A stretch of 24,000 nucleotides of DNA, from NCBI RefSeq assembly GCF_015277775.1, contig NZ_CP063849.1, positions 9,288,711-9,312,710 on the forward strand. Reading direction: 5' to 3'. Below the pieces are notes generated by a model. That model made no database searches. It was not told the origin of the DNA and saw only the letters and a program-made list of their open reading frames with translations. Origin of the DNA: Paludibaculum fermentans. GTDB taxonomy: Bacteria; Acidobacteriota; Terriglobia; Bryobacterales; Bryobacteraceae. Below are positions 6,949-14,546 of the stretch, piece after piece. The position numbers and the translations under genes are program-made. Each line of letters begins with the position of its first letter. Positions within the stretch are counted from its first letter, which is position 1.

Positions 6949-7046
6949 CGGTCCGATCTCAGCCCGGGCGACATCTTCTGGATTGCAGGGATCACCCAAA
7001 TCAGGATTTCAACGAAGATGTTACACACCGCGACGACCCTCATTCG

Positions 7047-7052
7047 TATATA
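7047..7052 (+). promoter_or_regulatory. Candidate -10 element (TATATA) 5 nt upstream of the ADOP permease ATG; possible leaderless transcript
   Basis: The 6949-7057 spacer is the most AT-rich intergenic stretch in the window. TATATA (7047-7052) ends 5 nt before ATG 7058, and no Shine-Dalgarno is visible (tataggtccATG). The only -35-like hexamer, TTACAC (7021-7026), is 20 nt away, which is a poor spacing. Confidence 0.25.
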
Positions 7053-7057
7053 GGTCC

Positions 7058-9565
7058 ATGCGAGGCATCGGACCGGATTTCAAGTACGCTCTGCGCACCC
7101 TGGCGCGCAGCCCATTGTTCACCCTGGCGGCCGTGTTTTCACTGGCCCTGGGCATCGGCGCAAATACAGCGATCTTCACCCTGATGGATCAACTGCTGCT
7201 GCGGCTGCTGCCCGTCAAGGACCCGGCCCAGTTGGTCATGATCTGGTCGAACGGCCCGCACATGGGCAATAACAACGGGGACCGCGCGCAGTCCTATCCG
7301 ATGTACCAGGCGTATCAGAAGCAGGCATCCTTCTTCTCCCATGTCTTCTGCCGCTATCTCGACAGTGCTTCCCTGAGCGTCGACGGGCAGACGGAACGGG
7401 TGATCTCGGAAATGGTCTCCGGCAACTACTTCGATGCGCTGGGCGTGAAGCCCGCCGTCGGCCGGGTCTTCTCCCCCGAACTGGACGACCGGACCTATAA
7501 AGGCCATCCGACCGTAGTTCTCAGCTACGACTACTGGCTGAACCGCTTTGGCGGCAAGGCCTCGATTGTGGGCCAGAAAGTTCTGGTGAATAACTACCCG
7601 ATGACCATCGTCGGGGTCTCCGCGCCCGGGTTCCTGGGCCTGGATCCGGCGCGGTCGCCGCAGATCCGGGTCCCCATCCAGATGGCGCCCATTATGACGC
7701 CCGGCCGCGACAGCATGGGCGAGTACCGCAGCCAGTGGATCCAGATGTTCGCGCGCTTGAAGCCCGGTGAGACGGTGGACACCGCGCGCGGTAAGCTGCA
7801 GGCGATCTTCACGCGGCAGTTGGAATACGAATCGACGTTGCCCGGCCTGAGGACGGCCTCGAAGTACCAGATGGACCGCTTCTTCAAACGGAAGGTCCGG
7901 TTGGAGCAGGCCTCGAACGGCTATTCCGACATCCGCAATGACTTCGGCAAGGCGCTGATTGTGCTCATGTCGATGGTGGGCCTGGTGCTGCTGATCGCGT
8001 GTGCCAATGTGGCCGGGCTGCTGGTGGCGCGGGCCGTGGCACGGCAGAAGGAACTGGCGGTCCGGCTGGCGATTGGAGCCTCCCGCAAGCAGTTGATCCG
8101 CCAACTGCTCGTCGAGAGCCTGCTGCTCTCCATCGGGGGCGCGCTGCTCGGGATCGTGCTCTCGGTCTGGACCATCAAGGGCCTCATCGGCTTCCTGCCC
8201 GAGCACGGGACTCCGCTCATGCTGACGGCGTCACCCGATTTGCGGATCCTCCTGTTCAACCTGCTGCTGGCGGTGTTGACTGGTTTGCTGTTCGGCGTGG
8301 CTCCGGCTTTCTTTGCGACGCGCATCGACCAGTGGAACGTGTTGAAGGATGCGGGCGGCGCGGTGTCGGGCACGGGCGGCGGAGTCCGCCTGCGCAAAAT
8401 CCTCGTAACGGCGCAGGTCGCGCTGTCCTTCCTCCTGCTGGCCGGCGCCGCCCTGTTCTCCAGAAGCCTGGGGAACCTCAAGGGCACTTCCACCGGCATC
8501 CAGGGCATGTCGAATCTCGTGACGTTCCAGGTGAACCCGTCACTGAACGGCTATACAGTGGAGCGCGAAAAGGCCTTCTACCAGGAGTTGCTGGCGAATG
8601 TGCGGGGCCTGCCCGGAGTGCAGACCGCCGCCGTCGCCTCCGTGCCGATCCTCCACGGCTGGGAATGGGACTCCAGCATGTCGGTGGAAGGCCATCAGAA
8701 CAAGGACGGCGAGGACATTCAGGCCTTCATGAACGCCTTGTCGCCCGGCTACTTCCAGACGATGGGCATCCCCGTGCTGGAAGGCCGCGACCTGCGGGAC
8801 AGCGATATCGGGGATGACGTCAAAGTAGCCGTCGTGAACCGCGCGTTCTCTGAGTATTACTTCGGCAAGGGTAGTCCAATTGGACGGCACATCGGCTTTG
8901 GCGGTGGTCCGGACACCAAGCTCAGCATCGAAATCGTGGGCATGGTGGAGAACACCTTGTACGAAGGGCCGCGGGAGGGCGTGCACCGGCAGGTGTTCGT
9001 GCCGAGGTTCCAGTCGAAGTTTCCGGGCTCGGTGGCATATTACGTCCGCGGAAGCATGGATACGAAGTCGATGATGGCCGGGTTGCGTGAGGCCGTGCGG
9101 CGGCTGGATCCGCGCCTGCCTCTGTATGAAGTCACGACGCTCGAGAACCAGCTCGACCAGACCCTGTCGACGGAGCGGATCATTGCCGCCCTGTCCATTG
9201 CGTTCGGCTGCCTGGCGACGCTGCTGGCGGCCATCGGGCTGTACGGCGTCATGGCGTTCGTCGCGGCCCGCCGCACGCGCGAGGTCGGGTTGAGGATGGC
9301 GCTGGGGGCTCAGCCCTTCGATGTCCTGCGGTTGATGATGCGGGAAGTCATCATCCTGCTGGTGGCCGGCTTGGCCGTGGGGGTTCCCTCCGCCTATGCC
9401 TTGAGCAAGTACATCTCGTCGCAGATGTTCAATGTGAAGGTGAACGATCCGTGGCTGGGCCTGGCGGTGATCGGGCTACTGGCGGGCGTGGCCCTGCTGG
9501 CGGGCTTCCTGCCGGCGCGCCGGGCCAGTACGGTGGATCCGCTGGAGGCGCTGCGCTACGAGTGA
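7058..9565 (+). CDS. ADOP-family permease (acidobacterial duplicated orphan permease; MacB-like, two FtsX domains)
   Basis: ATG 7058 gives MRGIGPDFKYALRTLARSPLFTLAAVFSLALGIGANTAIFTLMDQLLLRLLPVKDPAQLV..., the stereotyped ADOP N-terminus. A second module repeats the pattern (LRKILVTAQVALSFLLLAGAALF...) and the protein ends ...GFLPARRASTVDPLEALRYE. 835 aa. The preceding 79 codons of the ORF overlap cheW and are rejected. Confidence 0.9.
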   Translation: MRGIGPDFKYALRTLARSPLFTLAAVFSLALGIGANTAIFTLMDQLLLRLLPVKDPAQLVMIWSNGPHMGNNNGDRAQSYPMYQAYQKQASFFSHVFCRYLDSASLSVDGQTERVISEMVSGNYFDALGVKPAVGRVFSPELDDRTYKGHPTVVLSYDYWLNRFGGKASIVGQKVLVNNYPMTIVGVSAPGFLGLDPARSPQIRVPIQMAPIMTPGRDSMGEYRSQWIQMFARLKPGETVDTARGKLQAIFTRQLEYESTLPGLRTASKYQMDRFFKRKVRLEQASNGYSDIRNDFGKALIVLMSMVGLVLLIACANVAGLLVARAVARQKELAVRLAIGASRKQLIRQLLVESLLLSIGGALLGIVLSVWTIKGLIGFLPEHGTPLMLTASPDLRILLFNLLLAVLTGLLFGVAPAFFATRIDQWNVLKDAGGAVSGTGGGVRLRKILVTAQVALSFLLLAGAALFSRSLGNLKGTSTGIQGMSNLVTFQVNPSLNGYTVEREKAFYQELLANVRGLPGVQTAAVASVPILHGWEWDSSMSVEGHQNKDGEDIQAFMNALSPGYFQTMGIPVLEGRDLRDSDIGDDVKVAVVNRAFSEYYFGKGSPIGRHIGFGGGPDTKLSIEIVGMVENTLYEGPREGVHRQVFVPRFQSKFPGSVAYYVRGSMDTKSMMAGLREAVRRLDPRLPLYEVTTLENQLDQTLSTERIIAALSIAFGCLATLLAAIGLYGVMAFVAARRTREVGLRMALGAQPFDVLRLMMREVIILLVAGLAVGVPSAYALSKYISSQMFNVKVNDPWLGLAVIGLLAGVALLAGFLPARRASTVDPLEALRYE

Positions 9566-9652
9566 GGCGCGGCGCGCGCCGCCCATTGGAAAAGTGTCGC
9601 CTGAATGACAAAAGCCGGCGCTTTTCGTCCGGGACTCTGTTATTCTCGTCCG

Positions 9653-10480
9653 ATGTCCTGGGCTAAACTTCTCACTCTGGGTTTGCTGGTCTCCGCACCC
9701 TTCGCGACCGCCAGTCCGGTCACTGCGTCCTCGTCCCTGCAGGGCGACGTGTCCGATCAGGGTTTTGCCAATCCGGTCGTCTACTTCACATTCATGGGCA
9801 AGTCCACGAATGTTAACGGTACGGTCTGGCGCGCATTTTGGGTTTTCGACCTGCCCTCCGGCCTCGCACCCGTCACGGAAGCGACGTTTGTGGTGCAACC
9901 CAGCGGCTACTTCGGCGATGGCGCGCAACACACGGTCGTGTTCACTGACTTTTTGCTGTCTCCCTCGCTCCTCTCGGCGAGCTACACGGCGGGCGACGCG
10001 ACCGGGCAGTCGATCTTCGCCGACCTGGGTGCGGGCGCCGTCTATGGCCAGTTGAATGTCGTGCCCTCCGACGCCAGGGTCGATTGCAGCACCCCCTCCT
10101 GCACCGTCCAACCAGGCCATACCCTTTCGCTCAAGTTGAATTCGGCCGGCCTTTCCGCCATCAACGCGAAACTCGGTGCGTCCTTCGTGATCGGCGGGTA
10201 CGTGTCCACCACCAGCCCCAACCTTGTCGGTGATTCGGACGGCGTGCAACTGGGCACTTACTTCAACCACAGCATCGCTGAACTCCAGCTCCAATCCGTG
10301 CCGGAACCGGGCACGGCGAGCCTGTTCGTGCTGGCTGGCCTGGCCGCATTCGCCAGACAGCGCTTCCGGCGTAGATCGCCCGGTTCGCAGGCTGCGCTAG
10401 GCGCTGCGCCGGGCCACGATCAGCGTGATGTCGTCGTGTTGCGGGGCTCCGGCGGCAAAGCGCGTCAACGCCTCCAGTAG
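9653..10480 (+). CDS. PEP-CTERM sorting-signal protein (secreted/cell-surface) with an atypical 34-aa tail after the sorting signal
   Basis: ATG 9653 gives the signal peptide MSWAKLLTLGLLVSAPFATASPV. The C-terminal VPEPGTASLFVLAGLAAFARQRFRRR (PEP at 10301-10309, Arg cluster ending 10375) is a canonical PEP-CTERM motif, TM helix and basic cluster. The frame stays open to TAG 10478-10480. Confidence 0.7.
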   Translation: MSWAKLLTLGLLVSAPFATASPVTASSSLQGDVSDQGFANPVVYFTFMGKSTNVNGTVWRAFWVFDLPSGLAPVTEATFVVQPSGYFGDGAQHTVVFTDFLLSPSLLSASYTAGDATGQSIFADLGAGAVYGQLNVVPSDARVDCSTPSCTVQPGHTLSLKLNSAGLSAINAKLGASFVIGGYVSTTSPNLVGDSDGVQLGTYFNHSIAELQLQSVPEPGTASLFVLAGLAAFARQRFRRRSPGSQAALGAAPGHDQRDVVVLRGSGGKARQRLQ

Positions 10481-12793
10481 TTGATCCGCCGCCGCCTGGG
10501 CGCCCGCTCCGGGTGCGGCCCGCAGGGCGTCCAGCAGCCGGTCTTCTCCGAACTCTTCGCCCTGGGGGTTGCGGGCCTCGGTCACGCCGTCGGTGTAGAG
10601 CACCAGCATGTCTCCGGGCTGAAGGGCCGCCTCCGCCTGTTCGTACTGAGCCCGCCGCGTCATGCCCAGCCCGACGCCCGGCGTCTTTAGCCAGTGGTGC
10701 TCCCCCGTGGCTCGCAGCAGCAGGCTCGGATTATGGCCGGCACAGGAATAACGCAGGGCGCCGCCGGCTGGCTCATACACCCCGTAGAAGAACGTCGCGA
10801 AGCGGTTGGCTGGGGACGCGTCGTACACCAGCACGTTCAACTTGGCCATCAGTTCGCGCAGATCCGTCACGCCGCCCAGGATCAGGCCCCGCAGCGACGC
10901 CTGCAGCCCCGCCATCAATAGTGCGGCGGGGACGCCCTTGCCCGCGACATCGCCGATGGCCAGGCCGACGGCTCCGCCGGGTGTCGTGAGGAAGTCGTAG
11001 TAGTCGCCACCCACCGATTGGGCGGGCACGCAGCAGCCGGCGAGGTCGAGCCCCTGTATCTGTGGGGCGCGCTTGGGAAACAACCGCTGCTGGACCTGGC
11101 TGGCGATCTCGAGCTCATTGTTCAAACGTTCGCGCTGCGCGGTTTCCGTGGCGACCGTGGCCGTGAGCCGGGAGACATCCAGGGCGAGCGCGGTCTGGCT
11201 CGCGACCGATTCCAGAAGTTGCAGGTCGCGGCGCGAGTAGGGCTCCTCGGAGAGCTTGGGGCCCAGGCGCAGGGCGCCGTAATCCTGGTCGGGCGTCGTA
11301 AGCGGCAGGATGAGGTCGCCAAAATCCTGGTAGCCGCCGGCGGGCAGCAGTTCAATGCGGGTGATATGCAGTGCGGCCTGGATGCGGTCCTGCACGATCT
11401 CCAGCAGTTTCTTGGGGTCCGTAATGCGCCGGACCTGGTTGGAAAGCTCGATCAGCACCTGCTCGGTATTCACCGCCTCGCGGAAGAAACGGCGGTCCAC
11501 CCAGGCTCGGACGTGATCTGTGCCATAGCTGACCACCATAATCCCGGCGAGGCAGAGCAGGGTGACAATCCAGCCGCGGCCGCTGAAGGCGACCCAGAGT
11601 AGGATGGCATTGACCAGCAACCGCAGGGCAGTCACCGTGCGGGAGGCGAGCAGTCCCTGGCGGAAGACCACGCCAAGGTCGAACAGGCGGTCAACGAGCA
11701 TGCTGTAGGCCAGTGTGACCGGGATCAGGATGGGAGCCAGCACGCCGGGCATGAGCAGCCAGATCGGGTAGTCGTTCAGGTCCCGGTTGAGCAGCACGGC
11801 TGAGACCATCAGCGCGGTATTCGGCAGGATGCCCAGCATGAGCCCGGCGAGCATCCAGCGCATGCGGCGGCGTGCGGCGGGATGGGTTTCGGCTCGGAAT
11901 TTCACCAGGAAGCACAGCAGGCCGAGGCCAATCAGGGCAAAGTGCCACGACTGGGTGAGTGCCTTCGGGAGATGTTCCAGAGGCCGGAGGATGGCCCAGA
12001 CCTTGGGCTCGGCGAACATGCCGGCGACCAGCGCGGCGCGCGCGGCGTCATGCGGCGTATAGATGACAATCGCGGCGAGGGAGATCCACGACAGCGGCCC
12101 CCGGCGCCAGCGTCCATCGGGAAAGAGCAGCGCGACCGCGCACCAGGCGGCGGGCCAGGCGTTCGAGAATACGTCCAGCAAAATGGCGGTTCCGCTCATC
12201 CACACGCCCCAGCTATAACGCTCGTAGCCGTTGGAGCGTTGCATGAAGGCCAGGCTCAGCAGCAACCAGAGGATGGCGAGGGCGGTTGGGTCGGAGGGCC
12301 GGCGGAAGGCAACCAGGAAGCCGAGCCCGATGCAGAGGACGGGCAGGATGATGTTCAGGCCAAGGGTGAACGCAAAGTCGCCCAACTCGGTCATGGTCTG
12401 GATGGGGGTCACCAGATCGACGGTGCGGGGCGGACCGTCCCCCGTACGCACCGTAAATTGGACGTGCGTTCCACCCGGCCTGGCGAAGAACTCATGGGCG
12501 GCATCGAAGCCGGAGTGGATCGGCACCCCGTTGACCGCCAGCAGCGTGTCCCCTTCCTTGATTCCGCCGTGCGTCGCAAACTCCTTCACCTGGCCCAGGG
12601 CGAGGTTCTCGGGATCAATGACTCCCGGAATACGCGGGACTTGCTGGAAGAGTGGCGTGAGCGAAGTGTAGATGAACCGCGCCTCCACCGCTCCGCAAAT
12701 CACCAGCAGGGCGGAGAGGGCAAGGCGCTGTTTCCAATGCGTCAAGTCCAAATTATAGATCCTGTCCGTCGGTGGCCGAGGATTCCTGGGCAT
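10397..12793 (-). CDS. Membrane-bound PP2C/SpoIIE-family serine phosphatase with N-terminal PDZ domain, polytopic TM region and GAF-like domain
   Basis: ATG at 12793 (cat 12791-12793) gives MPRNPRPP.... The PDZ-like segment is GIKEGDTLLAVNGVPIHS...VQFTVRTGDGPPRTVDL, followed by about 8-10 hydrophobic helices. The GAF-like block is LLEIVQDRIQAALHITRIELL...YGALRLGPK. The PP2C/SpoIIE block is ASQVQQRLFP...GGDYYDF...LAIGDVAGKGVPAALLMA...GHNP...LVLYTDGVTEA...DDITLIV. The longer ORF start at 12964 would overlap selD. Confidence 0.85.
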   Translation of the reverse strand: MPRNPRPPTDRIYNLDLTHWKQRLALSALLVICGAVEARFIYTSLTPLFQQVPRIPGVIDPENLALGQVKEFATHGGIKEGDTLLAVNGVPIHSGFDAAHEFFARPGGTHVQFTVRTGDGPPRTVDLVTPIQTMTELGDFAFTLGLNIILPVLCIGLGFLVAFRRPSDPTALAILWLLLSLAFMQRSNGYERYSWGVWMSGTAILLDVFSNAWPAAWCAVALLFPDGRWRRGPLSWISLAAIVIYTPHDAARAALVAGMFAEPKVWAILRPLEHLPKALTQSWHFALIGLGLLCFLVKFRAETHPAARRRMRWMLAGLMLGILPNTALMVSAVLLNRDLNDYPIWLLMPGVLAPILIPVTLAYSMLVDRLFDLGVVFRQGLLASRTVTALRLLVNAILLWVAFSGRGWIVTLLCLAGIMVVSYGTDHVRAWVDRRFFREAVNTEQVLIELSNQVRRITDPKKLLEIVQDRIQAALHITRIELLPAGGYQDFGDLILPLTTPDQDYGALRLGPKLSEEPYSRRDLQLLESVASQTALALDVSRLTATVATETAQRERLNNELEIASQVQQRLFPKRAPQIQGLDLAGCCVPAQSVGGDYYDFLTTPGGAVGLAIGDVAGKGVPAALLMAGLQASLRGLILGGVTDLRELMAKLNVLVYDASPANRFATFFYGVYEPAGGALRYSCAGHNPSLLLRATGEHHWLKTPGVGLGMTRRAQYEQAEAALQPGDMLVLYTDGVTEARNPQGEEFGEDRLLDALRAAPGAGAQAAADQLLEALTRFAAGAPQHDDITLIVARRSA

Positions 12794-12819
12794 CAGCCGG
12801 AAAACGGCGGCGTTGCATG

Positions 12820-12836
12820 CTGGATAATAGATCCAG
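12820..12836. promoter_or_regulatory. Inverted repeat CTGGAT-AATAG-ATCCAG in the divergent phosphatase/selD intergenic region (candidate operator and -10-like AT patch)
   Basis: Read directly: 12820-12825 CTGGAT, 12826-12830 AATAG, 12831-12836 ATCCAG, giving perfect 6-bp arms. It contains GATAAT (plus strand) and TATTAT (minus strand), the only -10-like hexamers in the 70-bp spacer. Confidence 0.3.
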
Positions 12837-12863
12837 GCCGCAGTGGCCTTGAGAGCCTTTGCA

Positions 12864-13850
12864 ATGAAGAAATTGACCGCGCACGTCAAAGCCGCCGGTT
12901 GAGCGTCCAAGCTCAGTCCAAAGGTTTTGGACCAGGTGCTGCCAGGCGTTCCGCGCCTGCGCAATTCTAACGTTCTGGTGGGGTTTGATACGTCGGACGA
13001 TGCCGGCGTCTACAAGCTCAGCCCGGAGTGTGCCCTGGTGCAGACAGTGGATTTCTTCACGCCAATCGTCGATGATCCTTACACTTACGGGGCCATCGCG
13101 GCGGCCAATGCGTTGAGCGATGTGTACGCGATGGGTGGGCGGCCGGTAACCGCGTTGTCGGTGCTGTGCTACCCGGGCAAGGGCGACCTGGAGGATCTGG
13201 AAGCGATCCTGAAGGGCGGCGCCGAGAAGATGATCGAGGCGGAATGCGCGGTGGTGGGCGGGCATAGCGTGAACGACGAAGAGATCAAATTCGGCTATGC
13301 GGTGACGGGCACGGTTCATCCTGACAGGATCTGGACCAATGCCGGCGCGCGGCCGGGCGATGTTCTGGTACTGACGAAGCCGCTGGGCACGGGTGTGATC
13401 TCGACGGCGCTGAAACGCGGCTTGGCCAGCGACGAGCATGTTGCGGCGTCCATCGCGTCGATGCTGAAGTTGAACAAAGTGGACACCGAGGCCCACGGCT
13501 GCACCGATGTTACTGGCTTTGGCCTGATGGGCCATGGGCGCGAGATGGCGCTGGCCAGCAACGTGACCTTGGAGATTGATTCGTCGGCACTCGAGTTCCT
13601 GGCAGGGGCATTGGAGTATGCCGCGGCGGGGGCTGTGCCCGGCGGGCTGAACAACAACCGGGCGTTTGCGTCCTCGTGCGTCCTGGTGAGCGAAGGAATC
13701 CGGCCCGAAGTGGAAGCCCTGCTCTACGATCCTCAGACCTCGGGCGGGTTGCTGTTGTCGCAATCGCCGGAGCAGGCCGAGGGGCGACCCGTGGGCCGGG
13801 TGATTGGCCGTGTCCTGGAACGGGGCGCAAAGCCCATTCAAGTCTTATGA
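12864..13850 (+). CDS. selD: Selenide, water dikinase (selenophosphate synthetase) SelD, selenocysteine-containing form; in-frame TGA at 12900-12902 read as Sec
   Basis: The body is unmistakably SelD: NVLVGFDTSDDAGVY, VDFFTPIVDDPYTYGAIAAANALSDVYAMGG.P, VVGGHSV, LTKPLGTGV, TDVTGFGLMGH, AVPGG...N, DPQTSGGLL. Reading the same frame upstream of the ORF-track TTG 12927 gives ATG(12864) MKKLTAHVKAAG-TGA-ASKLSPKVLDQVL. This aligns with E. coli ..SHGAGCGCKISPKVLETIL, placing TGA on Cys17 and Lys at +3 on Lys20. A stem-loop follows the TGA. Confidence 0.85.
12910..12940 (+). promoter_or_regulatory. Candidate bacterial SECIS stem-loop downstream of the selD UGA
   Basis: The upper stem GTCCAAA (12916-12922) pairs with TTTGGAC (12926-12932) around GGT. 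It is more likely a 6-bp stem with loop AGGTT. The lower stem is AGC (12910-12912) pairing with GCT (12938-12940), plus C12914-G12935, with an internal loop or bulge. The upper stem starts 13 nt after the UGA and the G/U-containing apical loop lies about 21-24 nt after it. That is similar in geometry to the E. coli fdhF SECIS. Paired by hand only. Confidence 0.45.
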
Positions 13851-14542
13851 ACTACAACCCCATCATTGTTGCCCTCGACGTGCCGGACGCCGGAGAGGCG
13901 CTCAGCCTGGTCGACCGGCTGGCGACGACCGTCGATTTCTATAAGGTCGGCCTGGAGCTGTTTACCGCCGAAGGTCCGGCGGTGGTCCGGGAGATTATCG
14001 CCCGGCGCAAGCAGGTCTTCGTGGATCTGAAGATGTACGACATCCACGAGACCGTCAAGCGGGCGGCGGCGCGCGTGGCCGCCTTGGGCGGCAGCCTGTT
14101 GACCGTCCATTCCAGCCCGCAGGTGATCCGGGCGGCTCGTGAGGCGGCGGCCGGTACGAATCTGCGGATTCTGGCTGTGACCGTGCTGACGAGCTTCGAC
14201 CAGGCGGATCTGGAAGACGTCGGGATCACGGGCCGCACGGTGGCCCAGCAGGTGGAATGGCTGGCCGCGAAGGCGGTGGACGCCGGGGCAGACGGGCTGG
14301 TGTGCTCGCCCCTGGAGGTGGAGCGGCTGAGGAGCCTGATCCCGCGCGAGACGCTGCTGGTGGTGCCGGGAGTCCGGTCGGCTGGCGCGGATCATGGTGA
14401 CCAGAAGCGTGTCGCGACGCCCACGTCGGCCATGGAGGCCGGAGCCAGCTACCTGGTGGTGGGCCGCGAGATTACCAGGGCGGCGGAACCGGCGGCCGCG
14501 GCGGATGCGATCCTGCGCGCGCTGGGAACTCAACTACACTAA
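13847..14542 (+). CDS. pyrF: Orotidine 5'-phosphate decarboxylase
   Basis: ATG 13847 overlaps the selD stop (ATGA, 13847-13850). Motifs: MNYNPIIVALDV, FYKVGLELF, VFVDLKMYDIHETV (DxKxxDI), LLTVH, VLTS, LVVPGVR, VVGR.I. 231 aa. The upstream part of the 13676 ORF overlaps selD and is rejected. Confidence 0.9.
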   Translation: MNYNPIIVALDVPDAGEALSLVDRLATTVDFYKVGLELFTAEGPAVVREIIARRKQVFVDLKMYDIHETVKRAAARVAALGGSLLTVHSSPQVIRAAREAAAGTNLRILAVTVLTSFDQADLEDVGITGRTVAQQVEWLAAKAVDAGADGLVCSPLEVERLRSLIPRETLLVVPGVRSAGADHGDQKRVATPTSAMEAGASYLVVGREITRAAEPAAAADAILRALGTQLH

Positions 14543-14546
14543 GGCC

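Noticed and set aside
6821-7057. 79-codon N-terminal extension of the ADOP ORF, and the 6756..7184 ORF
   Set aside because: They overlap cheW and are Arg/Cys/Trp-rich. The canonical ADOP N-terminus begins at ATG 7058.
7139-8206. 355-aa minus-strand ORF, with the 7921..8508 (-), 7999..8817 (+) and 8540..8986 (-) ORFs inside the ADOP gene
   Set aside because: They are antisense or out-of-frame shadows of a confidently identified permease gene, with no motifs.
9566-9625. Two small hairpins after the ADOP stop, considered as intrinsic terminators: GGCGCG-gcg-CGCGCC at 9566-9580 and AAAAGC-cggc-GCTTTT at 9610-9625
   Set aside because: The first lacks any U-tract. The second has only two G:C pairs and its T-run is part of the stem. 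Neither meets a canonical terminator pattern.
9476-10294. 272-aa minus-strand ORF opposite the PEP-CTERM gene; also 21041..21760 (+) and 21942..22910 (-)
   Set aside because: These are shadow ORFs antisense to genes with clear signal-peptide/PEP-CTERM, TPR or MFS features.
12927-12929. TTG 12927 as the selD start (ORF-track call)
   Set aside because: It would remove the conserved N-terminal catalytic loop. The upstream frame is conserved-looking SelD sequence interrupted only by a TGA at the known Cys/Sec position. ATG 12864 is preferred.
11882-12970. 362-aa plus-strand ORF opposite the PP2C gene, and the 362-aa minus-strand ORF 12753..13841 opposite selD
   Set aside because: Both are antisense to strongly supported genes and have Arg/Gly/Pro/Gln-rich shadow composition.
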